Position numbers and translations under genes: made by a program. A stretch of DNA of 64,000 nt, taken from NCBI GenBank assembly GCA_963668315.1, contig OY764216.1, positions 2,976,001 to 3,040,000 of the forward strand, read 5' to 3'. Shown here piece after piece: positions 46,167 through 56,562 of this stretch. Within the stretch, counting starts at the first letter, position 1. The number at the start of each line of letters is the position of its first letter. The DNA comes from Spirochaetia bacterium. Its GTDB lineage: Bacteria; Spirochaetota; Spirochaetia; DSM-2461. The notes under the pieces were generated by a model that saw only the letters and a list, made by a program, of their open reading frames with translations, did no database searches and had not been told where the DNA came from.

Positions 46167-49043
46167 ATGTTTTATCTTTACGTCAAAATCTATTCCCGCG
46201 GTCAGCTGATGCAGATGGAACCGGCGATAATGGAGGGTTTGGCCGATCGGATTACAGGAATCAACAGGAGTCAGGGAGGAAATCCCGTGCCCGGTATGGA
46301 GGGAGTATTCCGGTATGCCGCCCTTTATCGGGAAACCCTGAATAATATTATTGAAGCTGCCGGTTCCTGCCTAGACATTCTTGAGCTGAACAAAGACAGT
46401 CTGGACGGTTATAACATCATTATCACCAAATCGGATAAAAGGAACTATGAGCTTCAGAAACGCCTGGATTTCCTCGTTTTTCAGATTCTCGAAGACGGGG
46501 GAATCTGGATTGATCCCGAATGCCGGGCGGAACTGGATTCTTTTCTCTCCCTGGAAAAGGAATCCTGCCTGTACCGTATGGAGGGGCGTAAGAAACTGGA
46601 TCTTACCTCCCGCGAGCGCCTCTCCGTCCTGTGGGATGACGACGAGAAGCAGGCTGAGATCACAAAATGGCTGGAAGACGATTCCCGGCCGGTCCTTCTC
46701 ATTACGGGGCGCCATGGAAACGGCAGGAAGAGTAACCTCGATGCGGCCATGGAAGGGTATTACGGGGGCGAAAAAAACTCCGCCGTCCATCTGAGACTGC
46801 GGGGAAGCAAAGACTACATATACGATCCCTTTATGGATTGCTTATTTAAAGATGAAATGGTTGTCGACGGGATGGAACCGGATCATTTCCTTCTGGAATT
46901 GCTGGAAGGGAAGATGATGAGCCGCTGCTCCGATTTTTTTTCCGATGATTTCGAAAAGGCATTTCTCGGGTTTCTTGAGAAAAAGTACCGTAAAGCCCGG
47001 GAAAGGTCCCGCTCTCTTTTTATTATTGTGGAACAGGGAAAAAGCTTCTCTCCCATGAGCAGGAGGCTGCTGGAGAAAATCCTCTCCGACGGAAGGTATC
47101 GAACCATCCTAATCTCCGAAGGAGAAAAGCCCCCCTTTCTCAAGGACACTATGGTTTATGAAGAGATCTCCTTTCAAAAGCCTGGAAAAATCATCCTGGA
47201 ACAAAGGCTTAAGGAAGCCTATCCCTCAATGGAGTGGCCGGAAGAGATCCGCCAGCAGCTTTTGGGGGATATCGGCGTCGATCTTCGCTCTGTATTCTTT
47301 TACTCCTGGCTCCTTTTTCACGGCCTGCCGATGACGGAGGAAAAGAACGCCCTGGACCAGATGGTTGACGCCCTCTCCGCCAGGGAATTGAGGATTCTCC
47401 ACTATATTCACCTTGCCCGGGGACTGGTGGGGAAGGAGGAACTTGCCCGGTTCCTGGCCGACGATCAGGAGGATTCCTCCCTGGTCTTTGAACGGATAGA
47501 AAGGCTGAAGGCCCTTACCCTGATCGATGAGACGGAAAAGGGGGAGCTCTATTCGAATCTGCCCTCATGGGATCGTGACAGGGAAAACCATGCTGCCGTC
47601 GTCAAGGGGCTCATCGGTTTATTAAAGGGAAGAGGAGACTTGAATCCCTTCCGGTATTTCGATTTCCTGGAGGAACACGGGGAGATCGGAAAAGCGCTGG
47701 AGTACTTCAACAATATCATGAACTGGCTTATCAATAACGGATTCCGAGAGAAGGCGGACCGGAGAATCCAGACACCTCCTTTCGCCGGAAAGGATCTGGA
47801 GGAGGAGTACCTGGAAGCCCTTCAGAACATTCTATTTTCCAGCCGTCTGAGACTGGCCATGCTGGAAGGAGAGGGGCCGGCTCTGGATAATCTTGTGGCC
47901 AACGGTATCCTGTCCCAGGTTTCTGAGCGAAGACAGTTCGCCGGAGAATTCTATCTGCAGCTCGCCCGTTATTATTATTGTCAGGGAAATACGGAGCAGA
48001 CGATAAACGCCGCGAAGAACAGCCTTTTCCGTTTTCAGAAAACCGGCTATCATCTGGGTGAAAGCCTGGCGAATATAGAACTGGCCTTCGCCTTCCTCGG
48101 ACAGAGAAAAGTACAGATGGGAATGGACTATTTTGAAATAGCCCGAAGAATCAGCTATCAGATCGAGGATAACTATTCTCTTATCACGGCCCATACCTTC
48201 GGCGCCCTTACCGCCTATCTTTTCGGAAACATGTCAAAGGCAGAGGATATCATTGACCAGACCCTGGAGCTGGCCGGACAGAACGGAAGCCGGAGACGCA
48301 TCTTTTTTCTGACATTTCTCTCAGGCCGGATTCAGTTCGAATACGGTCATTACCGGGAAGGGGCGGAGCTCTTTGAGAGGTGCTACCATCTGGGCAGACA
48401 GATAGGGATGGAAGAGGGGGCCCGTACCGCAGCCCGCTGGATCGGACGCTGCCTGATATATGACGATAAACGGCGTGACGCCTTCCGATGGCTTGATTCT
48501 GAGGATAAAACCCGGGAAGGTCTTTTCTTTCTCGCCGAGGCGGATTTTATGGTTTCCCTCTACGAAGCCGCCCTGAGGAAACTGGAAAGTGCCGGGGGGT
48601 TACCGGAGGAAACTTCATTCGGCTACTCCGAAAAGGATGTCTGGCACGACGGCTATATGAGCATAGAGGGACGGCTTTCTTCTGCTGAGGTGACCGAAGA
48701 TGTTCTGACCGGTCAGATTGACGCCCTTCACGGGCATGTCCTCGCACTGGCGGGAAGACAGGATGAGGCAAAGCAGTTGTTTTCCCGTAAAGGGGGCCAG
48801 GATGATTATCCTTTCAAGCCCTATTCGTATAAATACAGCTATATCCACTTTTCCATTCTTAACGTGGGGGATGTTTCCCTGTCGGGAGATGATAAACGTC
48901 TGGCGGCTCTGAGCAGGGCGATTGAAAGACTCCAATCCCGGGCCGGACGGTTTGATAATCAGAGAAAGAAGCTGGATTTTCTTAATAAAAACTGGTGGAA
49001 CAAGAAAATAATAGAGGAAGCTCACAGAAAGAAATTCCTCTGA
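46167..49043 (+). CDS. Large hypothetical protein with degenerate P-loop and C-terminal TPR-like helices
   Basis: VLLITGRHGNGRKS; FIIVEQ Walker-B-like; helical repeats; ATG 46167 after AAGGA. Confidence 0.65.
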   Translation: MFYLYVKIYSRGQLMQMEPAIMEGLADRITGINRSQGGNPVPGMEGVFRYAALYRETLNNIIEAAGSCLDILELNKDSLDGYNIIITKSDKRNYELQKRLDFLVFQILEDGGIWIDPECRAELDSFLSLEKESCLYRMEGRKKLDLTSRERLSVLWDDDEKQAEITKWLEDDSRPVLLITGRHGNGRKSNLDAAMEGYYGGEKNSAVHLRLRGSKDYIYDPFMDCLFKDEMVVDGMEPDHFLLELLEGKMMSRCSDFFSDDFEKAFLGFLEKKYRKARERSRSLFIIVEQGKSFSPMSRRLLEKILSDGRYRTILISEGEKPPFLKDTMVYEEISFQKPGKIILEQRLKEAYPSMEWPEEIRQQLLGDIGVDLRSVFFYSWLLFHGLPMTEEKNALDQMVDALSARELRILHYIHLARGLVGKEELARFLADDQEDSSLVFERIERLKALTLIDETEKGELYSNLPSWDRDRENHAAVVKGLIGLLKGRGDLNPFRYFDFLEEHGEIGKALEYFNNIMNWLINNGFREKADRRIQTPPFAGKDLEEEYLEALQNILFSSRLRLAMLEGEGPALDNLVANGILSQVSERRQFAGEFYLQLARYYYCQGNTEQTINAAKNSLFRFQKTGYHLGESLANIELAFAFLGQRKVQMGMDYFEIARRISYQIEDNYSLITAHTFGALTAYLFGNMSKAEDIIDQTLELAGQNGSRRRIFFLTFLSGRIQFEYGHYREGAELFERCYHLGRQIGMEEGARTAARWIGRCLIYDDKRRDAFRWLDSEDKTREGLFFLAEADFMVSLYEAALRKLESAGGLPEETSFGYSEKDVWHDGYMSIEGRLSSAEVTEDVLTGQIDALHGHVLALAGRQDEAKQLFSRKGGQDDYPFKPYSYKYSYIHFSILNVGDVSLSGDDKRLAALSRAIERLQSRAGRFDNQRKKLDFLNKNWWNKKIIEEAHRKKFL

Positions 49044-49118
49044 GAAAACTAATTTCAATTTTTTTGTGAAAGATGTTGACAGAAAAGTTGATTATAGATA
49101 TATTATGGAAGCTTTTTT

Positions 49119-49191
49119 GGTGGCGTAGCTCAGTAGGTAGAGCACTCGGCTCATATCCGATCGGTCAGGGGTTCAAATCCCTTCGCCACTA
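49119..49191 (+). tRNA. tRNA with CAT anticodon, probably elongator tRNA-Met
   Basis: GGTGGCG/CGCCACT acceptor, loop CTCATAT, GGTTCAAATCC; lacks initiator C1:A72 mismatch and three G-C pairs; Ile2 not excluded. Confidence 0.9.
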
Positions 49192-49193
49192 AT

Positions 49194-49225
49194 AACCGTT
49201 CCTTGCTGAGGAACGGTTTTTTTTT
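49194..49225 (+). terminator. Terminator after tRNA
   Basis: AACCGTTCCT-TGCTG-AGGAACGGTT plus long T tract. Confidence 0.85.
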
Positions 49226-49238
49226 GTCCGGAGGAACT

Positions 49239-49853
49239 ATGGATAAAAGAGTCTTCTCCCGCAGCGGAGAGATGGAAAAACTTTTCCGCTCCCTTTCCGT
49301 TCGTTACATTCTGCGGTCTGAACAAACCGTCAGTCTCTCCCCGACCTTTCATTACGAGAAATCTTCCTATTATAAAAGGAACAGGGCCGAATTCCTGCTC
49401 TTGACGGAGAAGTATTCCGAATCTGTTCTTGAGCATCGTTTCATAGCTTCATCGGTGGGGTATCTCGATTCCTCCCTGGGCAGAGGTCTTTTCGCCGAGC
49501 AGGAGATAGGAACGGATGAGTTCATAGGGGAGTATGCCGGACTCATTCAGTTCGCTTCTCCCTGCCGTCCCGTGAAGGACAGTTCCGGTGGTTATGAAAC
49601 GGATTATTCCTGGACCTATCCGGAAAGGAAAGGATTCCGCAGCCTGGAAGTCAACGGGCGTATCAGCGGAAATGAGGCACGCTTCATCAATCACAGCTTT
49701 ACTCCCAACTGCCGGATGGAACATACCCTCGTCGAAGGCAGATGGGTGCTGTTCCTCCTGGCTGAACGTCCCATCGCCGTGGGTGAACAGCTAACCGTTG
49801 ATTACGGCGAGGAGTACTGGACCGGCGGTTTCCGCGAATTAATCATGATTTAA
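49239..49853 (+). CDS. SET domain protein (lysine methyltransferase)
   Basis: GRGLFA, IGEYAG, RFINHS..PNC, GEQLTVDYG; ATG 49239 after GGAGG. Confidence 0.9.
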   Translation: MDKRVFSRSGEMEKLFRSLSVRYILRSEQTVSLSPTFHYEKSSYYKRNRAEFLLLTEKYSESVLEHRFIASSVGYLDSSLGRGLFAEQEIGTDEFIGEYAGLIQFASPCRPVKDSSGGYETDYSWTYPERKGFRSLEVNGRISGNEARFINHSFTPNCRMEHTLVEGRWVLFLLAERPIAVGEQLTVDYGEEYWTGGFRELIMI

Positions 49854-49926
49854 AAGGATAATCTCTCATTTTCCCGCCTGGAATGACGAAGATATAACAT
49901 AGAACCGGAAAAACTCGGAGTGAATC

Positions 49927-50388
49927 ATGAAAAAAACCTCATTTTCTGCTATTTTATTCATCATTGCCTGGGCCTTGTTCGGCGAGACCGTCATGATCGA
50001 GACGGTGGATCGATTTGAATTCGGTGATCTGGAAGAGGAAACGCAGAATGTGATCATCCAGATGGAGACGGGTGTTATGGATGCGCTTTTCGACGGAGGC
50101 CATCTCTTTTTCAATATGTTTACGGTCAACGGAAGCCTGGATCCCGCCCTGGGACGCAAATCGCTGGATCAGGCGAAAAGAGCCGGTGCCGGCTGGTTCC
50201 TCCGCTTAAGACTTGCGGATACCGGAGTCGACTGGTGGTTTTATAAATTGTCCGATTTCGCCCTTCTGGGGGAAGGAGAGGTAAATCAGGATGACATAGC
50301 AGGAAGTGATGATATGACCCGGGAAGAATTTTTCTTTGAAGCCGGGAAAAGCGCCGGAATGGGAATCCTGGCCTTTATGAATCGCTAA
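49927..50388 (+). CDS. Hypothetical exported protein
   Basis: Signal peptide, RBS GGAG. Confidence 0.65.
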   Translation: MKKTSFSAILFIIAWALFGETVMIETVDRFEFGDLEEETQNVIIQMETGVMDALFDGGHLFFNMFTVNGSLDPALGRKSLDQAKRAGAGWFLRLRLADTGVDWWFYKLSDFALLGEGEVNQDDIAGSDDMTREEFFFEAGKSAGMGILAFMNR

Positions 50389-50405
50389 GAAGAGTAGGAG
50401 AGTAT

Positions 50406-51989
50406 ATGAAAAAGCTATTGCTAAGCCTTTGCCTGGTTATATTTGTATCGGCAGTCTGTTTCGCCCAGAACGCTCTTTGGGCGGGAAATGCCGCTCGGGG
50501 AAATGACGATATCTATCCGGCGTCGGTCAGGACGTCGGGAAAAGCGGCGGGTATGTCGCTGGCTCTTCCCGAAGGAACACTGGTTCAGGTTAAAAATCAG
50601 AAAAACGGCCAGACGGTCGATGTCACCATTGTGGCCGGACAGGGAAAACCGGGCATCTTCCTTTTGCTGAATTCCGCGGCTTCCGATGCTCTCGATATTC
50701 ATTCCGGCGAAGTCATCATGGTGGAAATACGGGAAAAAAGCTCCGTAAGCAATCCCTTTCTCGATTACAGCGCCGATCCGGACCGCTTTAAGAAAAGTCT
50801 GAACGACGAAATCGTTTCTCCCCGGCAGAATGACCCCGATAACACGGCAACCGTGGATGTGGAAGGGGAAATGGACAGAATGGGCTACGAAGCGATCGAA
50901 GAATCTGCCGCTGAAGAAGAGCAGCCCGCCCCGGTTGAGGATACACCCGCTGTTGCGGCAGCCGATGAACCGTCCATTCCCGATGATAAGGCCGTAGAAG
51001 CCGAACCCGCCGGGGATACTCTTCTGCTTTCCGTGGATGAAGCCGCTGAAGATACCGAAACCCTGGATGCCGCTCCTGAGAATGAAGAGACAGAGGTCGT
51101 GACCGCTGTTAGGGAAGAGGATATTCCGGAAGAAGAGATAGTTGTTCCGGAAACAGACGGATCCCGGGAGTTTGAAGATATTATTATTGCGGACAGTGAA
51201 GACACCTATGATGCGGTTCTCAACTACGGAGACTCAAAGGAAGAGAAGGCCGAAGAGGTCGCGGTAGAGGAAACAGCCGTTGAAGAGACCCCATCTCCTG
51301 CGGTTGTTGAAGAGCCCGCCGAGAGTGAAGCTGAAGCGGAGGGAACCCCCTTTCTCGCGGAGGATCTGACTCTCAACGATTTAAACGGTCAAGAGGAGAT
51401 ATCCGAGCCGGCTCAACCGGAAGCCGCGCCGGAGGAAAGGGACTCTCCTCCCGTAGATCCGGGACGTGTCATCTACTTTCTGACCCCCGCCGAGCTCAGA
51501 CCTCCAGAACCTGTGGAAGACGAGGAAGCTCCTCTTCCCGTCTGGGAAAAGGATGAGGATTCCCTCTCTCTGACCGCTTCTTCCCCCGAGGCTGGAGAAG
51601 GCGCAGCGGACCTCTCTGAGGGTGATATTCTTATTGCCGATCCCTCTGAAAAAGAGGAAGCAGCGGAAAGTCCGGTCATCGAGCCGGAAATCCACTTCGA
51701 ACCCCAGTATGTTGAGCTGGAGGAACTGGAGAAATTCATCCGGGAGACCCTGGAAGACGGTTCACGTTATGTACAGGTTGCCAGCTTTGGTAGAAAAGAC
51801 TATTCCCTGATTTACGGAAACATGGTGAATCTTCAGAAATCCTTTCCCTATCTGCCTATGATCCTGCTTCCCGTCGAGGGCGAAAGCACTTTGAAGCTTA
51901 TGGTCGGTCCGGTTTCCCGCGATGAAGTGGGCATCCTGCTGTACGCCATGAAAGCCAATGGTTTCGCCGATGCCTTCCTGAACAGGTAG
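50406..51989 (+). CDS. RlpA-like N-terminal domain, acidic linker, SPOR domain protein
   Basis: LP.GT.V.V.N..NG..V.V DPBB pattern; YVQVASF..L.VGP..GF.DAF SPOR pattern. Confidence 0.75.
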   Translation: MKKLLLSLCLVIFVSAVCFAQNALWAGNAARGNDDIYPASVRTSGKAAGMSLALPEGTLVQVKNQKNGQTVDVTIVAGQGKPGIFLLLNSAASDALDIHSGEVIMVEIREKSSVSNPFLDYSADPDRFKKSLNDEIVSPRQNDPDNTATVDVEGEMDRMGYEAIEESAAEEEQPAPVEDTPAVAAADEPSIPDDKAVEAEPAGDTLLLSVDEAAEDTETLDAAPENEETEVVTAVREEDIPEEEIVVPETDGSREFEDIIIADSEDTYDAVLNYGDSKEEKAEEVAVEETAVEETPSPAVVEEPAESEAEAEGTPFLAEDLTLNDLNGQEEISEPAQPEAAPEERDSPPVDPGRVIYFLTPAELRPPEPVEDEEAPLPVWEKDEDSLSLTASSPEAGEGAADLSEGDILIADPSEKEEAAESPVIEPEIHFEPQYVELEELEKFIRETLEDGSRYVQVASFGRKDYSLIYGNMVNLQKSFPYLPMILLPVEGESTLKLMVGPVSRDEVGILLYAMKANGFADAFLNR

Positions 51990-51994
51990 CGCCT

Positions 51995-52726
51995 ATGCTG
52001 ACCGAGGAAGAAGCCGTCTCATTTTTGCAGGCCAGAGGCTGGGGGCTTATAACGCCCCAGACTCATCTCATCGACATGGAAGACGATTTCAAGGCCATAT
52101 GGAAGGATATTTCATCCTATACGCTGATCTCCGTGGAAAGGGGATATGCCATCTGTCAGGCCCTTGAGTACCTCGAGAAGAGAGGTATCGGAGGGGACAT
52201 CGTCGAGTGCGGCGTCTGGAAAGGGGGCGCCTGTATGCTGGCGGCCCGCCTGATCCAGGAACGGGGATATATCAAGCGTAAGATCTGGCTTTACGATACC
52301 TTTGAGGGGATGACGGAACCGACCGGGGAAGATATTATTGCCGCCAGCGGCCAGCCTGTTTCCGAAAGGAATCCTAAGGGATGGTGGGCCGTCACCCGGG
52401 AAGAGGTGGCTGGGAATCTGGCCGGAACCGGATACGACGCCGGTTTGATTGAACTGGTGAAAGGGGACGTTTGCGAAACCCTGGAACAGCGTATTCCCTC
52501 TTCCCCTGTCGCTCTTCTCAGACTGGATACGGACTGGTATGAATCTACGAAGAAAGAGATGGACGTGCTTTTTCCCAGGCTGATGCAAGGGGGAGTCCTT
52601 CTCCTGGACGATTACGGTCATTTCCGGGGTGCCGCCAAGGGAGTGGACGAATACTTCCGCAGAAGGGAGATCGTTCCCCTACTGCAGCGTGTTGATTATA
52701 CCGGGAGACTTTATATCAAGGAGTAG
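51995..52726 (+). CDS. TylF/MycF/NovP-family O-methyltransferase
   Basis: DIVECGVWKGG, YDTFEG, LRLDTDWYES, DDYG. Confidence 0.9.
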   Translation: MLTEEEAVSFLQARGWGLITPQTHLIDMEDDFKAIWKDISSYTLISVERGYAICQALEYLEKRGIGGDIVECGVWKGGACMLAARLIQERGYIKRKIWLYDTFEGMTEPTGEDIIAASGQPVSERNPKGWWAVTREEVAGNLAGTGYDAGLIELVKGDVCETLEQRIPSSPVALLRLDTDWYESTKKEMDVLFPRLMQGGVLLLDDYGHFRGAAKGVDEYFRRREIVPLLQRVDYTGRLYIKE

Positions 52727-53218
52727 CTGATCTATCACCTTGAAAAAACCTTCCGATGTAAGATCGGGATAAATCCCTTCCGACGATCCTCTTAGCAGAA
52801 AATTGTGATCCGCAAGGAGTATGGTGGGGTAGTTCATCACCCCCCAGCGGTCGGCGGAACGGTTCTCCCTGTCCTTGTAATCCTCTTCGGAAGGGGACAC
52901 CGTAATGATTGCAAACGGGGCTCCGGCATAGTGTTCCGAAAGTTCTGCCAGATCCTCTTTCAAATCGTTTTCAAAGGGATCGCCCCCGGAAAGAAAGATA
53001 ATGAGCATTATCTGACGGGAAGAGCCGTTAACGGACACCGATTCTCCCGATGGCGAGATGAGCCGTCCCGGAATAAGCGGCTGGGGCTGGGGAAAATAAT
53101 GAAATCCCAGAAGCTCAAGCCGGGAGATATTATCTCTATAGGCGGGACTGTCCGCTTCTGCATAAACCATAAAAGAGGCCAGCAATAGATAAATTACGAT
53201 TAAAATAGGGCGGTTCAT
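52679..53218 (-). CDS. Exported redoxin/TlpA-fold protein lacking CxxC
   Basis: Signal peptide; G..VS...IMLIIF; WGV..YPT.LL.D; ATG 53218. Confidence 0.55.
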   Translation of the reverse strand: MNRPILIVIYLLLASFMVYAEADSPAYRDNISRLELLGFHYFPQPQPLIPGRLISPSGESVSVNGSSRQIMLIIFLSGGDPFENDLKEDLAELSEHYAGAPFAIITVSPSEEDYKDRENRSADRWGVMNYPTILLADHNFLLRGSSEGIYPDLTSEGFFKVIDQLLLDIKSPGIINTLQ

Positions 53219-53303
53219 AGAAGTAATAATACCAAAAAAAAGGATTTTTTGCAAAAAAAGTATTTTAATAATCAGTGGGTAACGGTATAATTCTCACGTT
53301 GTT

Positions 53304-54413
53304 ATGTGGATATTAATCATTCTATTGATTATGGTAACCGCCTTTTTACTGCTGAACGGTTCAACGGGAAGTGCGAAAAGCTTTCAGATCGTTCAGTTTT
53401 ATTCAAAAGGCAAAGACGCCGGCTTCAAGTGGAGCGAGATCTCTCTGCTCTGGAAAGCGGCTGTTCTCGCCGATGTTGACGTCCCGTCAAAAATTTATTT
53501 TTCCCTCGACGAACTGGATAACTGCATAGATGTTATTACGCGGAAATATGCCGTACTGGATAAGAAGAGTCCCGGCGATCCCGTGATAAAGGAACTTGTG
53601 GGGAAGCTGTTCGATTACCGGAAGAAGGTTGAGTTCAGCAAGCCGCGGTATAAAAGGGGACTGAAGACGACGAGGGACATCCCTCTGAATCAGGTCATGA
53701 AAATACGCACTTCCGAAGCGGGAATCCATACCACCACCGTCTGCGGCAACACCGATACCTACGTGGTCATCAGCTATCCGAAGGGTGAGGCGGTTCCCAT
53801 GGGGTTTACCTGGCGGGGCAGGATCCTTAATTTCTATTTCTGGCGTGATAATGACGCGGGCTACTTTTTTCAGAGCAAACTGCTTGATTCCTACCGGGAT
53901 TCGGATAACAAGTACTTTCGTCTGGCCCATTCGGATTATCTTTTGAGAAGCCAGAAAAGAAAGTCGGTCAGGGCCGATGCCCAGTTCGCAGCCCAGATGT
54001 ACAGGCTTAAATCATCCGCCTCATTCACAAATGAGATCGAGACCAATCCGGGTCTGTTCTGCGTGGTCACCGACATATCCGAAGACGGCGCCGCCGTCAG
54101 GGTAGGGGGACGGGGTAAAAAGGGGATGTCCCTCAAGCTTCAGTTCAAGATAATGAATCAGCTGATCGTTATGAACGGGGTGGTTAAAAGTGTTGATTAC
54201 GATTTTGATAAGGATCAGTCCATCCTCCATATTGAGCTGATGCCCCTGGATGAGTCCAGCCGGTTTGCCGTACTCTCCTATGTTTACGATGTCGACAGGA
54301 GCCGGAAGAGAAAACAGATGGCCCTGGAGGAAAACAAGAGGGAACGTAAGGAGAAAATCGCCGGGGATATGCTGGATATAGAGGAGATCACGGCCGAGGA
54401 AGAATTGGAATAG
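53304..54413 (+). CDS. PilZ domain (YcgR-like) protein
   Basis: RSQKRKSVR and DISEDG motifs; N-terminal TM. Confidence 0.85.
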   Translation: MWILIILLIMVTAFLLLNGSTGSAKSFQIVQFYSKGKDAGFKWSEISLLWKAAVLADVDVPSKIYFSLDELDNCIDVITRKYAVLDKKSPGDPVIKELVGKLFDYRKKVEFSKPRYKRGLKTTRDIPLNQVMKIRTSEAGIHTTTVCGNTDTYVVISYPKGEAVPMGFTWRGRILNFYFWRDNDAGYFFQSKLLDSYRDSDNKYFRLAHSDYLLRSQKRKSVRADAQFAAQMYRLKSSASFTNEIETNPGLFCVVTDISEDGAAVRVGGRGKKGMSLKLQFKIMNQLIVMNGVVKSVDYDFDKDQSILHIELMPLDESSRFAVLSYVYDVDRSRKRKQMALEENKRERKEKIAGDMLDIEEITAEEELE

Positions 54414-54471
54414 ACTGTTGTTTTTTCCGGTTTAATTCATTAAAATGTGAGAAATGACGAAAGGAGTCGAG

Positions 54472-55368
54472 ATGAACTTGATTAGGAAAATTTCACCGGT
54501 TTTCGCCGGTATGATGATTTTCGGAATGTTTTATTCCTGTGCCGGCAGTCCTGAAGAAACAGAGACGGTTCAGAAGGAAACCGGTATAGAGGTTACTGAA
54601 AAAAAAGAAACGGTTAAAGAAGCGACCTATGAATCCAGGATGGTGGATATATATAAGGTTTCCAAGGAAAGCTACTTTCTTGACGACGGTTCGGAGAACG
54701 GTTACAAGGAGTATGCTTATGACGAAAGGGGCTTTTTGATTGATATCGCCAATTACCGTGGTTCGGGAGAACTCCTTTTTGAAGAAAAATTCACTCTGAA
54801 CGAGAAAGGGCAGACCGTCAGGTCCGAACTGTATGACAGCGAGGGGCTCACTTCCTATACCGTTTATGCCTATGATGACGAGAATCAGCTCGTTTCGGAA
54901 GAGTATTATAATCACAGGGATGTTTTTCTTTCCGGTTCCCGCTATGACTACGATAACCGGGGGAGGAGGATTCTATGGGAGTCCTTCGACGATAAAAAGA
55001 CTCTCGTTCTTAAATCCGAATACATCTATAAGGGCGATGATCTCACGAAGATCGTGTTTATGACGCCCCTCAACGAAGACGACGGTTCCTATGATTATAC
55101 CTATGAACAGGGTAAGCTAATGAAAGAAGTCAGTATTAATGGAAGCGGAAAAGAGGAGCGGCGCACGGAGTATGAATATTCCGGCGATCAGATCGCCAAG
55201 GAGAAAATATTTCAGCTTGGCCGTCTTTCCCGTGTGAACGAACTGAACTATGACGGTTCGGGCAATATGGTCAATATGGTGACCTACAACCGGTCGCAGA
55301 AACTTCTCGGTCATACAGAATATGAATATATCATGTTCCAGAACGAAGAATCGGTTCTTGTAAATTAG
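54472..55368 (+). CDS. Lipoprotein with Y.YD beta-repeats
   Basis: Lipobox FYSC; repeated YxYD..G units about 24 aa apart; ATG 54472 after AAGGAG. Confidence 0.75.
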   Translation: MNLIRKISPVFAGMMIFGMFYSCAGSPEETETVQKETGIEVTEKKETVKEATYESRMVDIYKVSKESYFLDDGSENGYKEYAYDERGFLIDIANYRGSGELLFEEKFTLNEKGQTVRSELYDSEGLTSYTVYAYDDENQLVSEEYYNHRDVFLSGSRYDYDNRGRRILWESFDDKKTLVLKSEYIYKGDDLTKIVFMTPLNEDDGSYDYTYEQGKLMKEVSINGSGKEERRTEYEYSGDQIAKEKIFQLGRLSRVNELNYDGSGNMVNMVTYNRSQKLLGHTEYEYIMFQNEESVLVN

Positions 55369-55375
55369 GGGGAGA

Positions 55376-56545
55376 ATGATGAAAAAAATCTTGATAATGA
55401 TTATGGTGTCCCTCTCGGTTATTTCCCTGTCCGCAGGAGAAAGGGGAGAAATGTGGTCCCGCCTTTATGCGAGAACCACTTCTGTTGAGCAGAAGGTCAC
55501 CGCCATGGAAAAAATGGTTCAGCTTGATGATCCTTCCCTTGAACTGACTTTTACTTCCGCCCTCGATGATCTTCTGAACGGAGAAATGGTAAAATATGCA
55601 ACCGGACCGATGAGCTATACATGGGAAAAACTGGTACGCATGTCCATGAATGAACTGGCGCAGCTGAACGCCCTCGACGCCGCCTATTTACTGATGCAGG
55701 TCGTCAATGAGTATTCGGGCATTATCAAAGCCGATGCCATCATGGCGCTGGGTGACATGAGAGCTCTGGATTATGCCGGCGACATAGCCATGCTCCTGAG
55801 AAATCTCAATATGAACAACGATCCCGATAAAAGCGCCGCCGAGCTGGAAGCCTATAGTTCTATTTATGCCTTGGGAAAGATGAAGGTCATAGAAGGATAT
55901 TCCCCTGTTTTCTACGCCCATGTCGGTTGGTATTCCCGTCGTACCAGAGGACTTGCCAAGGACGTTCTGGCAAGTATGCTGGAAGATCCCTCAGAGCAGA
56001 TTCTGGAAATTATGAGGGATGCGGATTACAAGAATAAGCTTGTGGCTCTGAATATGGAACTTGAATCTACGGCTCCCGTTGAAGGAAAATCCAAGGTCGT
56101 TCTTTACGCCCTGAAACAGGGAGTGGAGTTATACTCATCCGATCCCGATGATCAGGTAAATCTCTACCAGCTTAGGATTACCGCTCTGACAGCCTGCTAT
56201 CAGATGGGCATCTCCGACCCCGACTCTCTCGTGAATTTGGAAAGAGCCTATCGTGAAGCGGAAAAACTGGAGGAAAAAATCCTAATCGTTCAGGCAGTGG
56301 GAACGAATGGGAGTGATGAAGCCGTGGGGCTTATGTCGGACTGGCTGAATACGTTTCATGAGAAAATGGTAAGCGGTCTGAATCCCAATAACGATGAAAT
56401 CACCCTGATAACCCAGTTGATTTACGGACTGGAGATCTCCGGTAACGAACTGGCGGCTCCCGTATTAAGTGAAATAGAAGTTTACGGCTATTCCAATAAG
56501 ATAAACAGAGCAGCTGCGGCGGCTCTTAAGAAATTACAGCCGTAA
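55376..56545 (+). CDS. Exported HEAT-repeat protein
   Basis: Signal peptide; A..ALG helical repeats. Confidence 0.65.
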   Translation: MMKKILIMIMVSLSVISLSAGERGEMWSRLYARTTSVEQKVTAMEKMVQLDDPSLELTFTSALDDLLNGEMVKYATGPMSYTWEKLVRMSMNELAQLNALDAAYLLMQVVNEYSGIIKADAIMALGDMRALDYAGDIAMLLRNLNMNNDPDKSAAELEAYSSIYALGKMKVIEGYSPVFYAHVGWYSRRTRGLAKDVLASMLEDPSEQILEIMRDADYKNKLVALNMELESTAPVEGKSKVVLYALKQGVELYSSDPDDQVNLYQLRITALTACYQMGISDPDSLVNLERAYREAEKLEEKILIVQAVGTNGSDEAVGLMSDWLNTFHEKMVSGLNPNNDEITLITQLIYGLEISGNELAAPVLSEIEVYGYSNKINRAAAAALKKLQP

Positions 56546-56562
56546 TTTCCGGTTATTTTCAT

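Noticed and set aside
39791..49191. Integrated island at either tRNA
   Set aside because: No integrase and no duplicated tRNA 3' end seen in the window
54472..55368. Rhs/YD toxin
   Set aside because: Short lipoprotein; no Rhs core DPxG motif, toxin tip or immunity gene
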